Positions 9,295-19,657 are shown, counted from the stretch's first letter. The stretch is 64,000 nt of DNA from an uncultured Candidatus Saccharibacteria bacterium (GCA_964633425.1 CAZWFX010000001.1:74687-138686); one strand, 5' to 3'. Numbers and translations: made by a program. The notes: generated by a model not told the origin, from the sequence alone.

Positions 9295-9888
9295 ATGCTA
9301 TACGTACTAGTGAGTATCTCTCTGATATTGTTTGGGCTTTCTTTGTATCTGATCTATGCGGTCTATCGAGAAGCAACAAAAGAAAATAGCGAAGAGGCCG
9401 TAGCTACCGTCGCTCCGCAGCCACCTCATCCAGAAGATCGAAGCTGGGAGCCAACGGGGAAGCTTTTCAACTGTTCGACATACGCCAACATTGACATATC
9501 AAGTCCGGAAGTTGCGGATCTTAAGGCTCAGGTGGATAGATACGTCAAGACGCAGGAGTTCTTGGATCTACATCCACAGCTTGGCATTGACTTTTCTCCG
9601 ATGCCTCCTAGCCAGGAAAGGATTGATGGCATGAAGGTCGAATTTATAAATTCTTCTAAGTCAGAAAAGCCTGTCGCAGAAGAGGCGAAAAAGGAGGTCT
9701 CAAAGGTAGAAGAGCTGTTTGATAAAGTCAAAGACACGGATCTTCAGACCTCAATTTTGGCCGCTCCGACTCCTAATGGTGGACTAACATACAAGCCAAA
9801 GAAGGCCAGAGCTAAAAAGTCGAAAGACGACAAGCCAGCCAAGGCCAAGAAGACGGCAAAGAAGCCAGCCAAGGCCAAGAAGACGTAA
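9295..9888 (+). CDS. Membrane-anchored protein with a histone H1-like Lys/Ala/Pro-rich C-terminal tail
   Basis: N-terminal TM helix (LYVLVSISLILFGLSLYLIYAV). The C-terminus KKARAKKSKDDKPAKAKKTAKKPAKAKKT is encoded by a perfect direct DNA repeat. Confidence 0.5.
   Translation: MLYVLVSISLILFGLSLYLIYAVYREATKENSEEAVATVAPQPPHPEDRSWEPTGKLFNCSTYANIDISSPEVADLKAQVDRYVKTQEFLDLHPQLGIDFSPMPPSQERIDGMKVEFINSSKSEKPVAEEAKKEVSKVEELFDKVKDTDLQTSILAAPTPNGGLTYKPKKARAKKSKDDKPAKAKKTAKKPAKAKKT
9826..9888 (+). repeat. Tandem direct repeat encoding KPAKAKKT x2
   Basis: aagccagccaaggccaagaagacg occurs twice, 30 nt apart, at the 3' end of the ORF. Confidence 0.6.
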
Positions 9889-9889
9889 G

Positions 9890-10126
9890 ATGCCGGTCTA
9901 TCTTTTTGTTTGCCAAGCTTGCGGGGCGGAGACCAGGAAGCTCGCCTCAGCAAACAACAGGGAGACCCCCGTGTGTAAGTGCGGGGGTCAGACCGTCAGG
10001 GCAAATCAAGGGGCTAGTTCTCGGGTCATGGAGAGAATCGATCACGGCACTTCATCCAGGCCGGTTGAGCGCCTTCAAGATGCGGCCGAGCTTCGGCGCG
10101 AAAGGGCCAAGAACGGCCCTGGCTAG
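9890..10126 (+). CDS. Small zinc-ribbon protein (FmdB-like CxxC...CxCG)
   Basis: The N-terminal MPVYLFVCQACGAE....PVCKCGG is typical of the FmdB family of putative regulatory zinc ribbons. Confidence 0.4.
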   Translation: MPVYLFVCQACGAETRKLASANNRETPVCKCGGQTVRANQGASSRVMERIDHGTSSRPVERLQDAAELRRERAKNGPG

Positions 10127-10146
10127 AAGGGCTATATCCCATTGCA

Positions 10147-12066
10147 GTGGGAACCAAGCTCAAGCGTCTTCGAATATCCAACTTTAGATCTTTTCTGGGA
10201 GATCATGAATTAGATTTTCCAGAATCTGGGCTCATTCTGTTAAAGGGCGAGTCTGGCGTTGGCAAGTCCAGCGTATTTCACGCCATCGCTTACTGTCTTG
10301 GCTTTAGTCCCATCCCAGCGAAAGACCTGCAGAATTGGTCCGAGCAGTCGGGACCTATGTCTGTCACCATGCTCCTAGAGCACAATGGACAACCCGTTGA
10401 AATAACTAGGACTTCTAAAAATTCATACATTAAAATTGGTGGGCAGATGGTCTCAACTTCCAACAAGGATTTTGAGAAAAATCTCGACAAGCATCTCGGG
10501 ACCACCTCGGGTTTTCGTGAGATCTTAACTTATCGAGATCAGATGGCGCCCGTTCGATTTACCAAGCTTTCTGATTCTGAGAAGAAAGCTTTATTGAGTG
10601 ATCTTTTGGGGCTGGTGAAGATAGAGCAGGCTTTAATCGAGGCGAGCCAGGAGGCCAACAGGCTCTTGGCTGAGAAGGAGAAGGTTGGCGCTGTTCTGTC
10701 TGGCATGGAGCAGGTTCTGGGACCTGAGCCGGCGCCACCACCACTTGACAGAATGGAGGCCATAAATCTAGAACTCAAGGAGCTAGATCGACTCGAAGAG
10801 AACGAGCGGGCTGAGTACGACATTCGGACCAAGACCAACACTTCCCAGTACAACAAAGACCTGGAGGATCTCAAGTACCTACTTACGATGGTACCGCAAG
10901 TACAAGATCCAAGGGATCCTGTCGTGGAGCAGAGCTACAGGGCCCTGATTGAACAAGAGGCGCAGAGGCTAAAGGCTTGGGACGAGATCCTGGCTAAGCA
11001 TAGGGCGAAAACCAAAGGACTGGAGCTTCAATTCAAGGCCTGGGAGGCTGCTGAGCGAGAGATTTGTTCAGTCGAGAAGTCGATCAGAGACCTACATGTA
11101 GATAGATGTCCTACATGTAGTCAAGAGTGGGATTCTACACAACATCGAGCATTACTAGAGACAAAACTGCAAAATTTGCGTTTGAGTCAACCGCCCAATC
11201 CAAGCGACGAACTAAAGGCCTGTGAATACGAAAGGATCGCCATCGAGGCCACGAAGCCCTCAATGGCCGAAGAGATCGCTGAAGCCAGACTCCTAGTAAA
11301 AGAACAAGAATCTCGGTTCTTGGAAAAGCAACAGAATCGAAATTCAAAGATAGATTCTATTAAAGCTCAAATCGCCACCCTTACAGCTAATTGGAAATCC
11401 AACCAAAAGCCTTTCCAGTTTTCTCGTATAAATGAAGTGGCTGCATTACGGCAGGAACAGGATCGGCTCTCCAAAGACATTTCTCTACGAGACGCTGCCA
11501 AGAAGTCCTGGGAACTTAGCCTTGCAAAAATAAAGGCCCAAAGACAGATTTTGGACGATGTCCAGCAGAAACTAGCAGTTGAGCAGGACTGGCAGGCATT
11601 GCTCAGGGGTTTTTTGGGGAGGATTGTTGAAGAGGTACTCTGGGAGATCTCGTCTAAGGCCAACGACATCCTTAAAAACCTACCCAACACCTCTTCCGTT
11701 ACCGTTGAGTTTCAGGTCCAGAAGGCTTCAGGGAAGGAAGCCATCACTCCAATATTCCGCTTTGGCGGCCAGGAGGCTTCCCTGAAGTCTGGGGCCTCTG
11801 GAGGTATGGCCACGGCCATTGAGCTGGCCATCGATCTGGCCCTGGCTGAGACCGTGGCATCCCGAAAGGGGATCTCGATGGGGTGGCTGCTGCTAGACGA
11901 GGCCTTCAACGGGTTTTCTCAGGGGGTCCGTGAAGAGGTCTTGACGGTGCTTGGCTCCTATGCTAGAGATCGTCTTGTGGTCGCTATTGACCACGCTGGC
12001 GAAATGCAGGCCATGTTTAGTACATCGATCGAAATTAAAAACGGGGGTTTTCATTGGTCAGAGTAA
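10147..12066 (+). CDS. SbcC/Rad50-like recombination ATPase (T4 gp46-like)
   Basis: N-terminal RISNFRSF...LLKGESGVGKSS (Walker A). A long coiled coil with a central CPTC zinc hook. C-terminal signature and Walker B (ASGGMATAIELAIDLA...LLLDEAF). GTG start preceded by GGCTATAT. Confidence 0.8.
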   Translation: MGTKLKRLRISNFRSFLGDHELDFPESGLILLKGESGVGKSSVFHAIAYCLGFSPIPAKDLQNWSEQSGPMSVTMLLEHNGQPVEITRTSKNSYIKIGGQMVSTSNKDFEKNLDKHLGTTSGFREILTYRDQMAPVRFTKLSDSEKKALLSDLLGLVKIEQALIEASQEANRLLAEKEKVGAVLSGMEQVLGPEPAPPPLDRMEAINLELKELDRLEENERAEYDIRTKTNTSQYNKDLEDLKYLLTMVPQVQDPRDPVVEQSYRALIEQEAQRLKAWDEILAKHRAKTKGLELQFKAWEAAEREICSVEKSIRDLHVDRCPTCSQEWDSTQHRALLETKLQNLRLSQPPNPSDELKACEYERIAIEATKPSMAEEIAEARLLVKEQESRFLEKQQNRNSKIDSIKAQIATLTANWKSNQKPFQFSRINEVAALRQEQDRLSKDISLRDAAKKSWELSLAKIKAQRQILDDVQQKLAVEQDWQALLRGFLGRIVEEVLWEISSKANDILKNLPNTSSVTVEFQVQKASGKEAITPIFRFGGQEASLKSGASGGMATAIELAIDLALAETVASRKGISMGWLLLDEAFNGFSQGVREEVLTVLGSYARDRLVVAIDHAGEMQAMFSTSIEIKNGGFHWSE

Positions 12067-12311
12067 ATAAAGAGATTTTGTGCTATGTCCGAGATCAGGC
12101 ACAACTACACATTATGACATCATCAAGAAAAGATGATGTGGGATTTGGGATCTTGTCTGAGTCCGAATGGGTTGCCTTGTGTTGGATCAGAGCGGTTCAG
12201 GATGTGCAGTCCAAACTGCACCAAGAAGGACATCAGAACTCAGCTTACCTACATGAGATCGATACCTCAGTTAGGGCCCTTGATGTGTCGTCGGTGAATG
12301 ACGATGCTTAA
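12054..12311 (+). CDS. Hypothetical protein
   Basis: ORF that overlaps the upstream stop and the downstream start, so it looks translationally coupled within an operon. Confidence 0.3.
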   Translation: MVRVNKEILCYVRDQAQLHIMTSSRKDDVGFGILSESEWVALCWIRAVQDVQSKLHQEGHQNSAYLHEIDTSVRALDVSSVNDDA

Positions 12312-12663
12312 CATGGCGTCCGTTGTGGATGGGGACCTTTACATCCTTCTTTTTGATAAGAATAAGAAACTCTACTTGGAAAGAAGTGACGATGATCCAA
12401 AAATCATCTTGTCTTATGTTTTTAAAGAAAAGGAGACAGCTCTTGATTATGCAGACTACCTAAATACAGTATCGGATAGACAACAAAAAGTACATAGACT
12501 AGATGATATTCAAAATCTGGTCGATTGGCTTGGGCCAATTACCCTAGAGCTTGGAGACTCAGCGCTAAAATTGGTCTTGGTCGATAGTATCAAAACCTCA
12601 AAAACCAAGAAACGCCCCGTTTACAAAGAGATCGCAACCCTAAACAAGGAGAACAAGAACTAA
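12298..12663 (+). CDS. Hypothetical protein
   Basis: ORF in the operon, overlapping both neighbours. Confidence 0.35.
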   Translation: MTMLNMASVVDGDLYILLFDKNKKLYLERSDDDPKIILSYVFKEKETALDYADYLNTVSDRQQKVHRLDDIQNLVDWLGPITLELGDSALKLVLVDSIKTSKTKKRPVYKEIATLNKENKN

Positions 12664-12917
12664 TGCTACCTACTGGATATGAAGAGACCGTGAGTGCCAT
12701 GTCGGAAGAGGAGATCCGTCGTCGAATCGCCGAGCTTACCCTGGCTCGATTGGAATGGGAAGATCGGCGTAAGTCCAACGAAGAACTTCAAGCCGCTAAA
12801 GAGACCGTTTCCACCCTAGACGATCCATTTAAGAGCGCCATCAAGGAACTCAAGGAGATGGTGGCCTGCTGCAAGAAGGTTCTAGACGACCGAGGACGCG
12901 GAGTCGATGTCGGATAA
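12663..12917 (+). CDS. Hypothetical coiled-coil protein
   Basis: TAATG overlap with the upstream gene. Confidence 0.35.
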   Translation: MLPTGYEETVSAMSEEEIRRRIAELTLARLEWEDRRKSNEELQAAKETVSTLDDPFKSAIKELKEMVACCKKVLDDRGRGVDVG

Positions 12918-13278
12918 CACAAACAACAAGATTATTGGCACCCTGGCCATTTTGACATGGGCATTACTCTTGGCCAGCCTTCTTCTTTCTGGCTGTGCTG
13001 CCCTGATCCGCGCAGCTCAAGAACCGTACCAGGAAAACCCTGGACCACCAGTGGTTATCTTCGGTGGCTATAGCGGAGACATGCCCTGGGCTAGAGTCGC
13101 AAATTCCCTGAACGTTGGCGTTGTAGTAAACGTCGACTGCCCTGGCAGAATGACCTTCGATTTGCCACCTAAGACCTCGCAAAGATTCTTCTTTTCGACC
13201 TTTACACTTCCAGGAGAACGATTCGAATGCCGGGTGTTCTCCTGGGAAGTCAAAAACCTGGTCGAAATCATTCAGTAA
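12907..13278 (+). CDS. Putative lipoprotein
   Basis: Signal peptide followed by a lipobox LLLSGC. Confidence 0.4.
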   Translation: MSDNTNNKIIGTLAILTWALLLASLLLSGCAALIRAAQEPYQENPGPPVVIFGGYSGDMPWARVANSLNVGVVVNVDCPGRMTFDLPPKTSQRFFFSTFTLPGERFECRVFSWEVKNLVEIIQ

Positions 13279-13308
13279 TCATATCCCCAGGCTACAATCT
13301 TTGGTGAA

Positions 13309-13866
13309 ATGCGAGTCTTCGCAGTAGACCTCAGTCTACACACCGGTTGGGCCTTTCTTGAAGATCAAAACGTCATCGACTACGGCCTTATAGAGGCCGG
13401 AAAACCCAAGGATTTTGGTAAATTCCCCTGGAATTACTTGAAGATAGCCAAGAGTCAAGCCAAGGCCATTTTTAGTCAAATTGCAGACAGGAAACCGGAT
13501 CTGGTTGTTGTGGAGCAAACCAATAAGGGGCAAAACCGATTCTCCCAGAAAATCCTGGAATTTTTGCATTTTGCCTTGCTTCAAGAGCTGGAGTGGGTGT
13601 ATGATGTCAAGTACGTGGACACTTCAGCCTGGAGGAAGGCACTAGACCTAAAGCTGACCAAAGAACAAAGGGCAGCAAACAAGCTTTCAAAGAAAAAGAA
13701 AAAAGAGCTAGGGATTTCAGGCAAGGTCACCCCGAAGCACCTTGCAGTAGAATATTGTTCTAAATTGCTAGGAAAGTCCTTCAAACTAAAGGACAATGAC
13801 ATTTGCGACGCCATCTGCATCGGAATGGCCGTGGCAAATGGGTGCAGCTTTTCGTTACCGACCTAA
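13309..13866 (+). CDS. RuvC-like Holliday junction resolvase
   Basis: N-terminal VFAVDLSLHTGWAF resembles the RuvC motif ILGIDPGxxxxGxAV. Acidic VVVEQ. C-terminal DNDICDAICIG resembles RuvC DAADALAIAI. Confidence 0.7.
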   Translation: MRVFAVDLSLHTGWAFLEDQNVIDYGLIEAGKPKDFGKFPWNYLKIAKSQAKAIFSQIADRKPDLVVVEQTNKGQNRFSQKILEFLHFALLQELEWVYDVKYVDTSAWRKALDLKLTKEQRAANKLSKKKKKELGISGKVTPKHLAVEYCSKLLGKSFKLKDNDICDAICIGMAVANGCSFSLPT

Positions 13867-13882
13867 CGAGGTTATATTACAA

Positions 13883-16297
13883 TTGACTAAATATACAGAA
13901 GAGGAAGTTATCAAAGAAGCTTTGTCGTTTTTTAACGGCGATGAGCTGGCAGCCGACGTGTTTACAAAATACGCTCTCAGCGACAGCGACAACAACTACT
14001 ATGAGAAGTCGCCGCTAGATACGTTTAATCGACTAGCTACTGAGTTTAGTAGGATAGAGGCCAAGTACCAAGCTCCCCTTTCCCACCAGGAAATCTACGA
14101 TTACTTGGTGGGTATGACCATTATTGCTCAGGGGTCGCCGATGGCTGCCATTGGCAATCCCTTTCAGCTACAGAGCGCATCGAATTGCTTTGTGATTGAA
14201 AATACGGTGGATTCCTACGGTGGGATCTTCTTGACGGACCAGCAGCAGGTCCAGATCATGAAGCGTCGTGGCGGCGTTGGCAATGACATCTCTGGCATCA
14301 GGCCCAAGGGGATGCCGACTTCTAATGGAGCCAAAACAACCGATGGTATTGGCGTCTTCATGGAGAGGTTTTCCAACTCTACCAGGGAGGTGGCACAAAA
14401 CGGGCGTCGTGGCGCCAGGATGATCACGATCTCGGTGCATCACCCCGAGATCCTTACCTTTATTCGCATCAAGAGGGACCTCCAAAAGATCACTGGAGCG
14501 AATATTTCAGTGAGGGCTACTGACGAGTTCATGCGGGCCGTTAGGGATGGAGCTGACTACCAGCAGCGGTGGCCGGTTGATTCAGACAAGCCACTAATAA
14601 CCAAAGCTGTTTCAGCAAACGAGATCTTTGAAGAGATTGCTCAGTGCGCCTGGGAATGCGCCGACCCAGGAATGCTTTTTTGGGACTCTGTCATAAGAGA
14701 GTGCCCGGCCGATTGCTACCCAAGGTACCGAAGCATCAGCACGAACCCTTGCGGCGAGCTGAATCTGTCGGCCAACGACTCTTGTCGGTTGATCTTGATC
14801 AACTTTAAGAAGTTCGTTAGGAATCCCTTTACCAACAAGGCCTATTTTGACTACGAGGCACACGCCAAGGCTGCTCGTGTCGGACAGAGGCTGATGGACG
14901 ACTTGGTCGATATTGAACTAGAACAAATCGACAAGATCTTGGCCAAGATTGAACAGGATCCGGAGCCAGACCTTATCAAGCAGGTCGAGAAGGACCTTTG
15001 GGTCAAGATTCGTGAGGCTTGTCAGAATGGCCGCAGGACTGGCCTTGGGGCTACTGGAGTAGGTGACGCCGTGGCGGCACTTGGTATCAAGTACGGCTCA
15101 AGGGAGTCCATTGACGCAGTGAGCCTCATGTATGAAAACCAGGCAAGGGCTGCTTACAAGGAGAGCGTCCAACTAGCCAAGGAGCGCGGCGCCTTCCCTG
15201 AGTTTAACCGTGACCTTGAAGCCGGTCATCCATTCCTTGATCGGGTAGGTGTTTACGAGAACCCCGATTACGCCAAGTATGGGCGTCGGAACATCTCGTG
15301 CCTGACAACCTCTCCGGCCGGATCGGTCAGCTGCCTGGCCCAGACCACATCCGGAATCGAACCCGCCATCTTTCTTTCGTACATGAGAAAGCGGAAGGTG
15401 GTGGCTGGCGATCCTAGTGCAACATACGTAGATGAGCATGGAGATCACTGGCAAAAATACCAGGTGTACCATTTGGGACACCAGGAGTGGCAGCTAGCCA
15501 ATCCAGACAAGCCAGAGACCGAAAGTCCGTACTGGGGCTGCACTGCCGAAGACATCAATCCAATGGATAAGATCAAGCTTCAGGCTGCTGCCCAACTCTG
15601 GGTCGATCACGCCATTTCCAATACCATTAACTTGCCAAATACTGCTACCAAGGAGGACGTAGCCAACGCATACCTTTTTGGCTGGAAGGCTGGCTGCAAG
15701 GGCATTACGGTCTATCGGGCTGGATCCAGAAACTCCGTCATTTCCAAGACCGACGACACGGTTAAGAAGACCAACATGATCGTTGAGACCAATGCTCCAA
15801 AGCGCCCGGCAGAGCTGCCCTGTGACATCCACAGGTCGCGCATCAAAGGGGACGAGTACACGATCTTGGTAGGTCTCCTGAACGGCAAGCCCTACGAGGT
15901 TTTTGCCGGATTGACTTCTAATATCGAACTGCCAAAGAACGAAGAAACCGGGACGTTAACCAAAAAGGCCAGGTCCTACGACCTAACCCTTAAAAATGGT
16001 ACCGAGTACAAGGACGTGGTGTCTTTGTTTGACAACCCAAACCATGGAGCCTTCACCAGGACCCTTTCAACCGCCCTAAGACATGGCGTACCAGTCCGCT
16101 ACCTGGTCGAGCAACTCAGGAAGGACAAGCACTCAGATCTATATAGCTTCTCCACCGTCATGGCCAGGGTGCTTGCCAAGCACTACATCCAAGACGGGGT
16201 TGAAGCCGGCAAATGCCCTGAATGTGGGGAAAAGGCCTTAAAGTACATCCAGGGTTGCCCAATGTGCCAGGAATGTGGCTATAGTAAGTGTGGGTGA
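13883..16297 (+). CDS. nrdJ: Class II (adenosylcobalamin-dependent) ribonucleotide reductase NrdJ
   Basis: Active-site TNPCGE, GCKGITVYRAGS, and the C-terminal zinc ribbon CPECGE...CPMCQECG. The ORF track starts at 13796, which overlaps ruvC. A TTG at ~13883 preceded by GGTTATAT is the preferred start. An ATG at ~13838 is an alternative. Confidence 0.8.
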   Translation: MTKYTEEEVIKEALSFFNGDELAADVFTKYALSDSDNNYYEKSPLDTFNRLATEFSRIEAKYQAPLSHQEIYDYLVGMTIIAQGSPMAAIGNPFQLQSASNCFVIENTVDSYGGIFLTDQQQVQIMKRRGGVGNDISGIRPKGMPTSNGAKTTDGIGVFMERFSNSTREVAQNGRRGARMITISVHHPEILTFIRIKRDLQKITGANISVRATDEFMRAVRDGADYQQRWPVDSDKPLITKAVSANEIFEEIAQCAWECADPGMLFWDSVIRECPADCYPRYRSISTNPCGELNLSANDSCRLILINFKKFVRNPFTNKAYFDYEAHAKAARVGQRLMDDLVDIELEQIDKILAKIEQDPEPDLIKQVEKDLWVKIREACQNGRRTGLGATGVGDAVAALGIKYGSRESIDAVSLMYENQARAAYKESVQLAKERGAFPEFNRDLEAGHPFLDRVGVYENPDYAKYGRRNISCLTTSPAGSVSCLAQTTSGIEPAIFLSYMRKRKVVAGDPSATYVDEHGDHWQKYQVYHLGHQEWQLANPDKPETESPYWGCTAEDINPMDKIKLQAAAQLWVDHAISNTINLPNTATKEDVANAYLFGWKAGCKGITVYRAGSRNSVISKTDDTVKKTNMIVETNAPKRPAELPCDIHRSRIKGDEYTILVGLLNGKPYEVFAGLTSNIELPKNEETGTLTKKARSYDLTLKNGTEYKDVVSLFDNPNHGAFTRTLSTALRHGVPVRYLVEQLRKDKHSDLYSFSTVMARVLAKHYIQDGVEAGKCPECGEKALKYIQGCPMCQECGYSKCG

Positions 16298-16300
16298 CGT

Positions 16301-16486
16301 ATGTCTAGGTCAAAACAACGATCTCGATGTCAGCATAGCTGCGTGTCGTGTAAATCATGGAAAAAGGGCTATCCGTCATTGACTGCGCAGGACGCCAAAT
16401 CTCTCGAAGATGCCCATCTTCAGCTCGAAGAGGCGAAGATGGTCAAGGATGAAGACCACGAAGAAGACGAGCAGGCTATATATTAG
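16301..16486 (+). CDS. Hypothetical small Cys-containing acidic protein
   Basis: 61-aa ORF directly after nrdJ. Confidence 0.3.
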   Translation: MSRSKQRSRCQHSCVSCKSWKKGYPSLTAQDAKSLEDAHLQLEEAKMVKDEDHEEDEQAIY

Positions 16487-16489
16487 ACG

Positions 16490-17272
16490 ATGTCTTTTGT
16501 AGACCCATACGCAGATCAAGAAGAAGAGGTCGAAGAGGAGGTCCAGGAGCCTCAAGTCGATTCTCGCTCCGCATTCAAGGAAGCACGCAAGAAGCTAACC
16601 AAGGCAGCCTTTTACGAACAGCTGGCCAATGAAGCCATTTTCAATGGAGGATCCGAGGAAGACGATGAGGTCAACTTGGAGATCCGAGAGTGGGCTGAAC
16701 GTCAGATGTTTGAACTGTTAAATGTAAGCCAGCCCACAAAATCTACGGTATCTGAGCAGTTCTCTGAAGAAGAGGTGGAGGTTCTAAAAGCCCTATCTCG
16801 TCTTACGCACGAAGAGGTTGAGGCTCTAAAGGCTCTGACCAAGACCATTGCGGTTACGGCCACCGGGGTGCCTGTTCCCAAGAAGCTCTCTGGCCCTTCC
16901 GCAACGCCCCCACAGCCACCCAAGCCCAAGGCTCCGGCTCCGCCAAGGATCAAGGCCAAGAAGAGCAAGGAGGAGGCTCCCAGGAGCAGGGTCAAGCCCC
17001 TAAGAGAGCGTCCCCGTGAGATCGAAAAGCCGCAAGAAGGTGTCTATAGGAGGATGAACCAGGGGGTCCAGCTTCCCAAGGAAGCCCTGGCGCCACCGCC
17101 CACGGCCATTCCATTCCCCGTTGGAGAGGCGTATTCGGCAGCACAGGCTCAGCTAGCGTCAAACCTTATCACCGGAGGAGTTAACACTGCTCAGGTGGAT
17201 TCAGGGACAGGACCGTCGACTGGACTAAGTCCAGACCAGCTCGGTGGACTAATCAACGGCTATATTAGGTAA
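16490..17272 (+). CDS. Hypothetical acidic / Pro-rich protein
   Basis: GGCTATAT 8 nt upstream. Internal peptide repeat EVEVLKALSRLTHEEVEALKALTKT. Confidence 0.4.
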   Translation: MSFVDPYADQEEEVEEEVQEPQVDSRSAFKEARKKLTKAAFYEQLANEAIFNGGSEEDDEVNLEIREWAERQMFELLNVSQPTKSTVSEQFSEEEVEVLKALSRLTHEEVEALKALTKTIAVTATGVPVPKKLSGPSATPPQPPKPKAPAPPRIKAKKSKEEAPRSRVKPLRERPREIEKPQEGVYRRMNQGVQLPKEALAPPPTAIPFPVGEAYSAAQAQLASNLITGGVNTAQVDSGTGPSTGLSPDQLGGLINGYIR

Positions 17273-17275
17273 ACA

Positions 17276-17803
17276 ATGACAAAAAAGGTACCCGCTAATT
17301 TTACAGAACGTCTTACTGCGGTAGAGCAGCAACTGGAATTTCTTAACGGACAGATGCGTCTCCTTGATCAGGTCCTTGGAAACTACAACGAGCGTTTTAT
17401 CGCCATTACGTCAATTCTTGGGACAGACGCCGTTAAGGACGCCTTGGCTGGCGTAAAGTATGTTAGGGACAAGTCGAGGTTTGACGAGAACACCAAGGCG
17501 ATGGAAGACGGCTTGACCAAGGGCTTTATTAGAGACGTCGAAGTTGTTACGGAAGTGGCGGGTGTTTGCGGAACGCAGCTTCTGGACGATTCGGCGGATC
17601 CGACCAAGTTCTTTTCTCAATTCAATGAGTTTATATTTTCGCCGATGCTTACCGACGGACTGGGGTCGGTCCTGCTTGGTGCCAAGGTAGGAGACGTCCG
17701 GGAGTTTCGTGGAGCCAAGCTCCGCGTGGATCGTATCTACGAGGTAGACCACACCAAGATGACGGCCGAGATCGCGCAAGCAGAGGCGCCACAGGCGTCG
17801 TAA
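17276..17803 (+). CDS. Hypothetical protein
   Basis: GGCTATAT 10 nt upstream. Confidence 0.4.
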   Translation: MTKKVPANFTERLTAVEQQLEFLNGQMRLLDQVLGNYNERFIAITSILGTDAVKDALAGVKYVRDKSRFDENTKAMEDGLTKGFIRDVEVVTEVAGVCGTQLLDDSADPTKFFSQFNEFIFSPMLTDGLGSVLLGAKVGDVREFRGAKLRVDRIYEVDHTKMTAEIAQAEAPQAS

Positions 17804-17914
17804 TTTCCTTGCTTTTCCCTTGGTTGTGGGATACGATCAAGAAGTTATCCACAGGCCCTCATCAAGGTCAATCTTTGAAGAGACCCTGTCGGGTTATCGC
17901 CACAATAGGATTGC

Positions 17915-19048
17915 ATGTCTAAGAAAAACCTGCACGGAGTGTTACCGGCTCAAGTTATATCTTCTCTAAAAAAGATCGGAGAAGATGCCTTTCAGAAGCA
18001 AAAAGAGCGTCGAGACGAAGCTACGTTGATTACGTTGGGTCGAGAGTTGGCATTTGCCGACTACTTGTCTTCCTCCTTAAAAGAGGCTTTCAAAACCGAG
18101 ATCCCTAAGGTTTTTCAGGCCAAAAAGCCACCAAAAGCGAAGCCTATCAGAAGGGTCCTCAACCTGGTCCTCTCCGACACCCATTTTGGAGCCAATCTAG
18201 ATCCCAGAGAGACCCGGCGTAAGTATTCTTCCGTAGAAGCAGCACGGCGCTTGGCTAAGGTTGTCCAACAGGCCATTCAGTACAAAACCGAACATCGAGA
18301 TCACACCGAACTTCTGGTTCATGTTTTAGGTGATATGCTGCAGGGTCAGCTGCACGATCCAAGAGACGGAAATCCTCTGGCGGAACAGAGCGCGGAGACC
18401 ATTTGGCTCCTAAGTCAGGCATTCAAGAGATTATCTGAAGAATTTCCCGTTGTCAAGGGGGCGTTCCAGCCTGGAAACCATGGAAGAGACAAAGCCAGGC
18501 ACAAGGAAAGGGCTGTGTATCAAAAGTGGGACTCCAATGAGACCGTTTGTTACTACGCCATCAAGCAAATTGCTGAAATGGCAAATTGGAAGAACGTAAA
18601 GTTTGCCCTACCCTATACCCCATATTACCTGATCGACGTTCTTGGTCATGGGATTTTTGGTACCCACGGAGATACTGTACTCAACCCAGGAAATCCTCAC
18701 AAAACCATCAACGTAGGCAATATCAGCAATCAGATCAATAAAATAGTGGCCGCAGAAGCCAATATGGGCTCTCTCAAGCCGAAAATCTTCGTTATGGGAC
18801 ACGTCCATATCGGAGCAGACTTCAATCTACCATCAGACATCACGGTAGTGACCAATGGTTGCCTGATTCCACCAGATCCGTATTCTTTGTCTATCGGATC
18901 GTTCGACGCCGCCTGCGGGCAGCAAATGTTTGAAACCACCGAAGAACATCCGTTTGGGGATCATCGGTACATAAGGGTCAATGAGAGGACCGATCTAGAC
19001 TCGTCGCTAGACGGCCTAATCTTGCCTTTCAAAGGTCTTGATGCGTAA
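17915..19048 (+). CDS. Calcineurin-like metallophosphoesterase (second copy; SbcD/Mre11-like or phosphatase)
   Basis: Motifs LSDTHFG (DxH), LGDMLQG (GDxxD), GNHGRD (GNHD/E), THGD, MGHVH (GHxH). Confidence 0.65.
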   Translation: MSKKNLHGVLPAQVISSLKKIGEDAFQKQKERRDEATLITLGRELAFADYLSSSLKEAFKTEIPKVFQAKKPPKAKPIRRVLNLVLSDTHFGANLDPRETRRKYSSVEAARRLAKVVQQAIQYKTEHRDHTELLVHVLGDMLQGQLHDPRDGNPLAEQSAETIWLLSQAFKRLSEEFPVVKGAFQPGNHGRDKARHKERAVYQKWDSNETVCYYAIKQIAEMANWKNVKFALPYTPYYLIDVLGHGIFGTHGDTVLNPGNPHKTINVGNISNQINKIVAAEANMGSLKPKIFVMGHVHIGADFNLPSDITVVTNGCLIPPDPYSLSIGSFDAACGQQMFETTEEHPFGDHRYIRVNERTDLDSSLDGLILPFKGLDA

Positions 19049-19443
19049 TGGTTCCCGTGGCCTTGGCCGAGCTAGATCAAGCTATCGTGGACGTCCTGGC
19101 CCATATTCAAAAAGCCAAGATCATACTTGAGACGTCAATAGCAAACATCCCTAAACTCGAAGAAAAAATCGAGGAAACTCAGGAGATGCTAGAGTCGATC
19201 CAAGAAGATTTAGATACCGTAAAGTCAAAATCCGTAGTAGATTTAATGACTTATGAGAAATTTCTGTCTAGAAAATTCACTATAGAGGATCTTATTTCAG
19301 ACTATAAGATAGAAAAGGCCAAAAACGCAAGTTTGGCCAAGACAGAAGAGGCTCGTTTGATGGAGTTACGGGCGATTCTAGCAGATCTAGAGAAATCGAG
19401 GGCTGAGTGGAATCAGGTAGTGGACTTTCCGACCAATGACTAA
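19048..19443 (+). CDS. Hypothetical coiled-coil protein
   Basis: ATGA/TAATG-type overlaps with both neighbours. Confidence 0.35.
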   Translation: MVPVALAELDQAIVDVLAHIQKAKIILETSIANIPKLEEKIEETQEMLESIQEDLDTVKSKSVVDLMTYEKFLSRKFTIEDLISDYKIEKAKNASLAKTEEARLMELRAILADLEKSRAEWNQVVDFPTND

Positions 19444-19657
19444 TAGCTATCTCGAACAGATAAAGAATCTTTTGGAAAACGATGATGACTGGATTTTTTC
19501 CAGAAGGTATGGGTTTTCTGCGTCCAAACTGGCAAAAAAATACCCGGATGGGGTTCCAGAAAAGATTCTTACTGAAGTTCTCCAGTCCACACAAGAAGAA
19601 CTTGATCAGGCATGGGAAGAGATTGTTGAAGAACTTAAGGAGATCATGAAGGTATGA
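19436..19657 (+). CDS. Hypothetical acidic protein
   Basis: ORF. Confidence 0.3.
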   Translation: MTNSYLEQIKNLLENDDDWIFSRRYGFSASKLAKKYPDGVPEKILTEVLQSTQEELDQAWEEIVEELKEIMKV

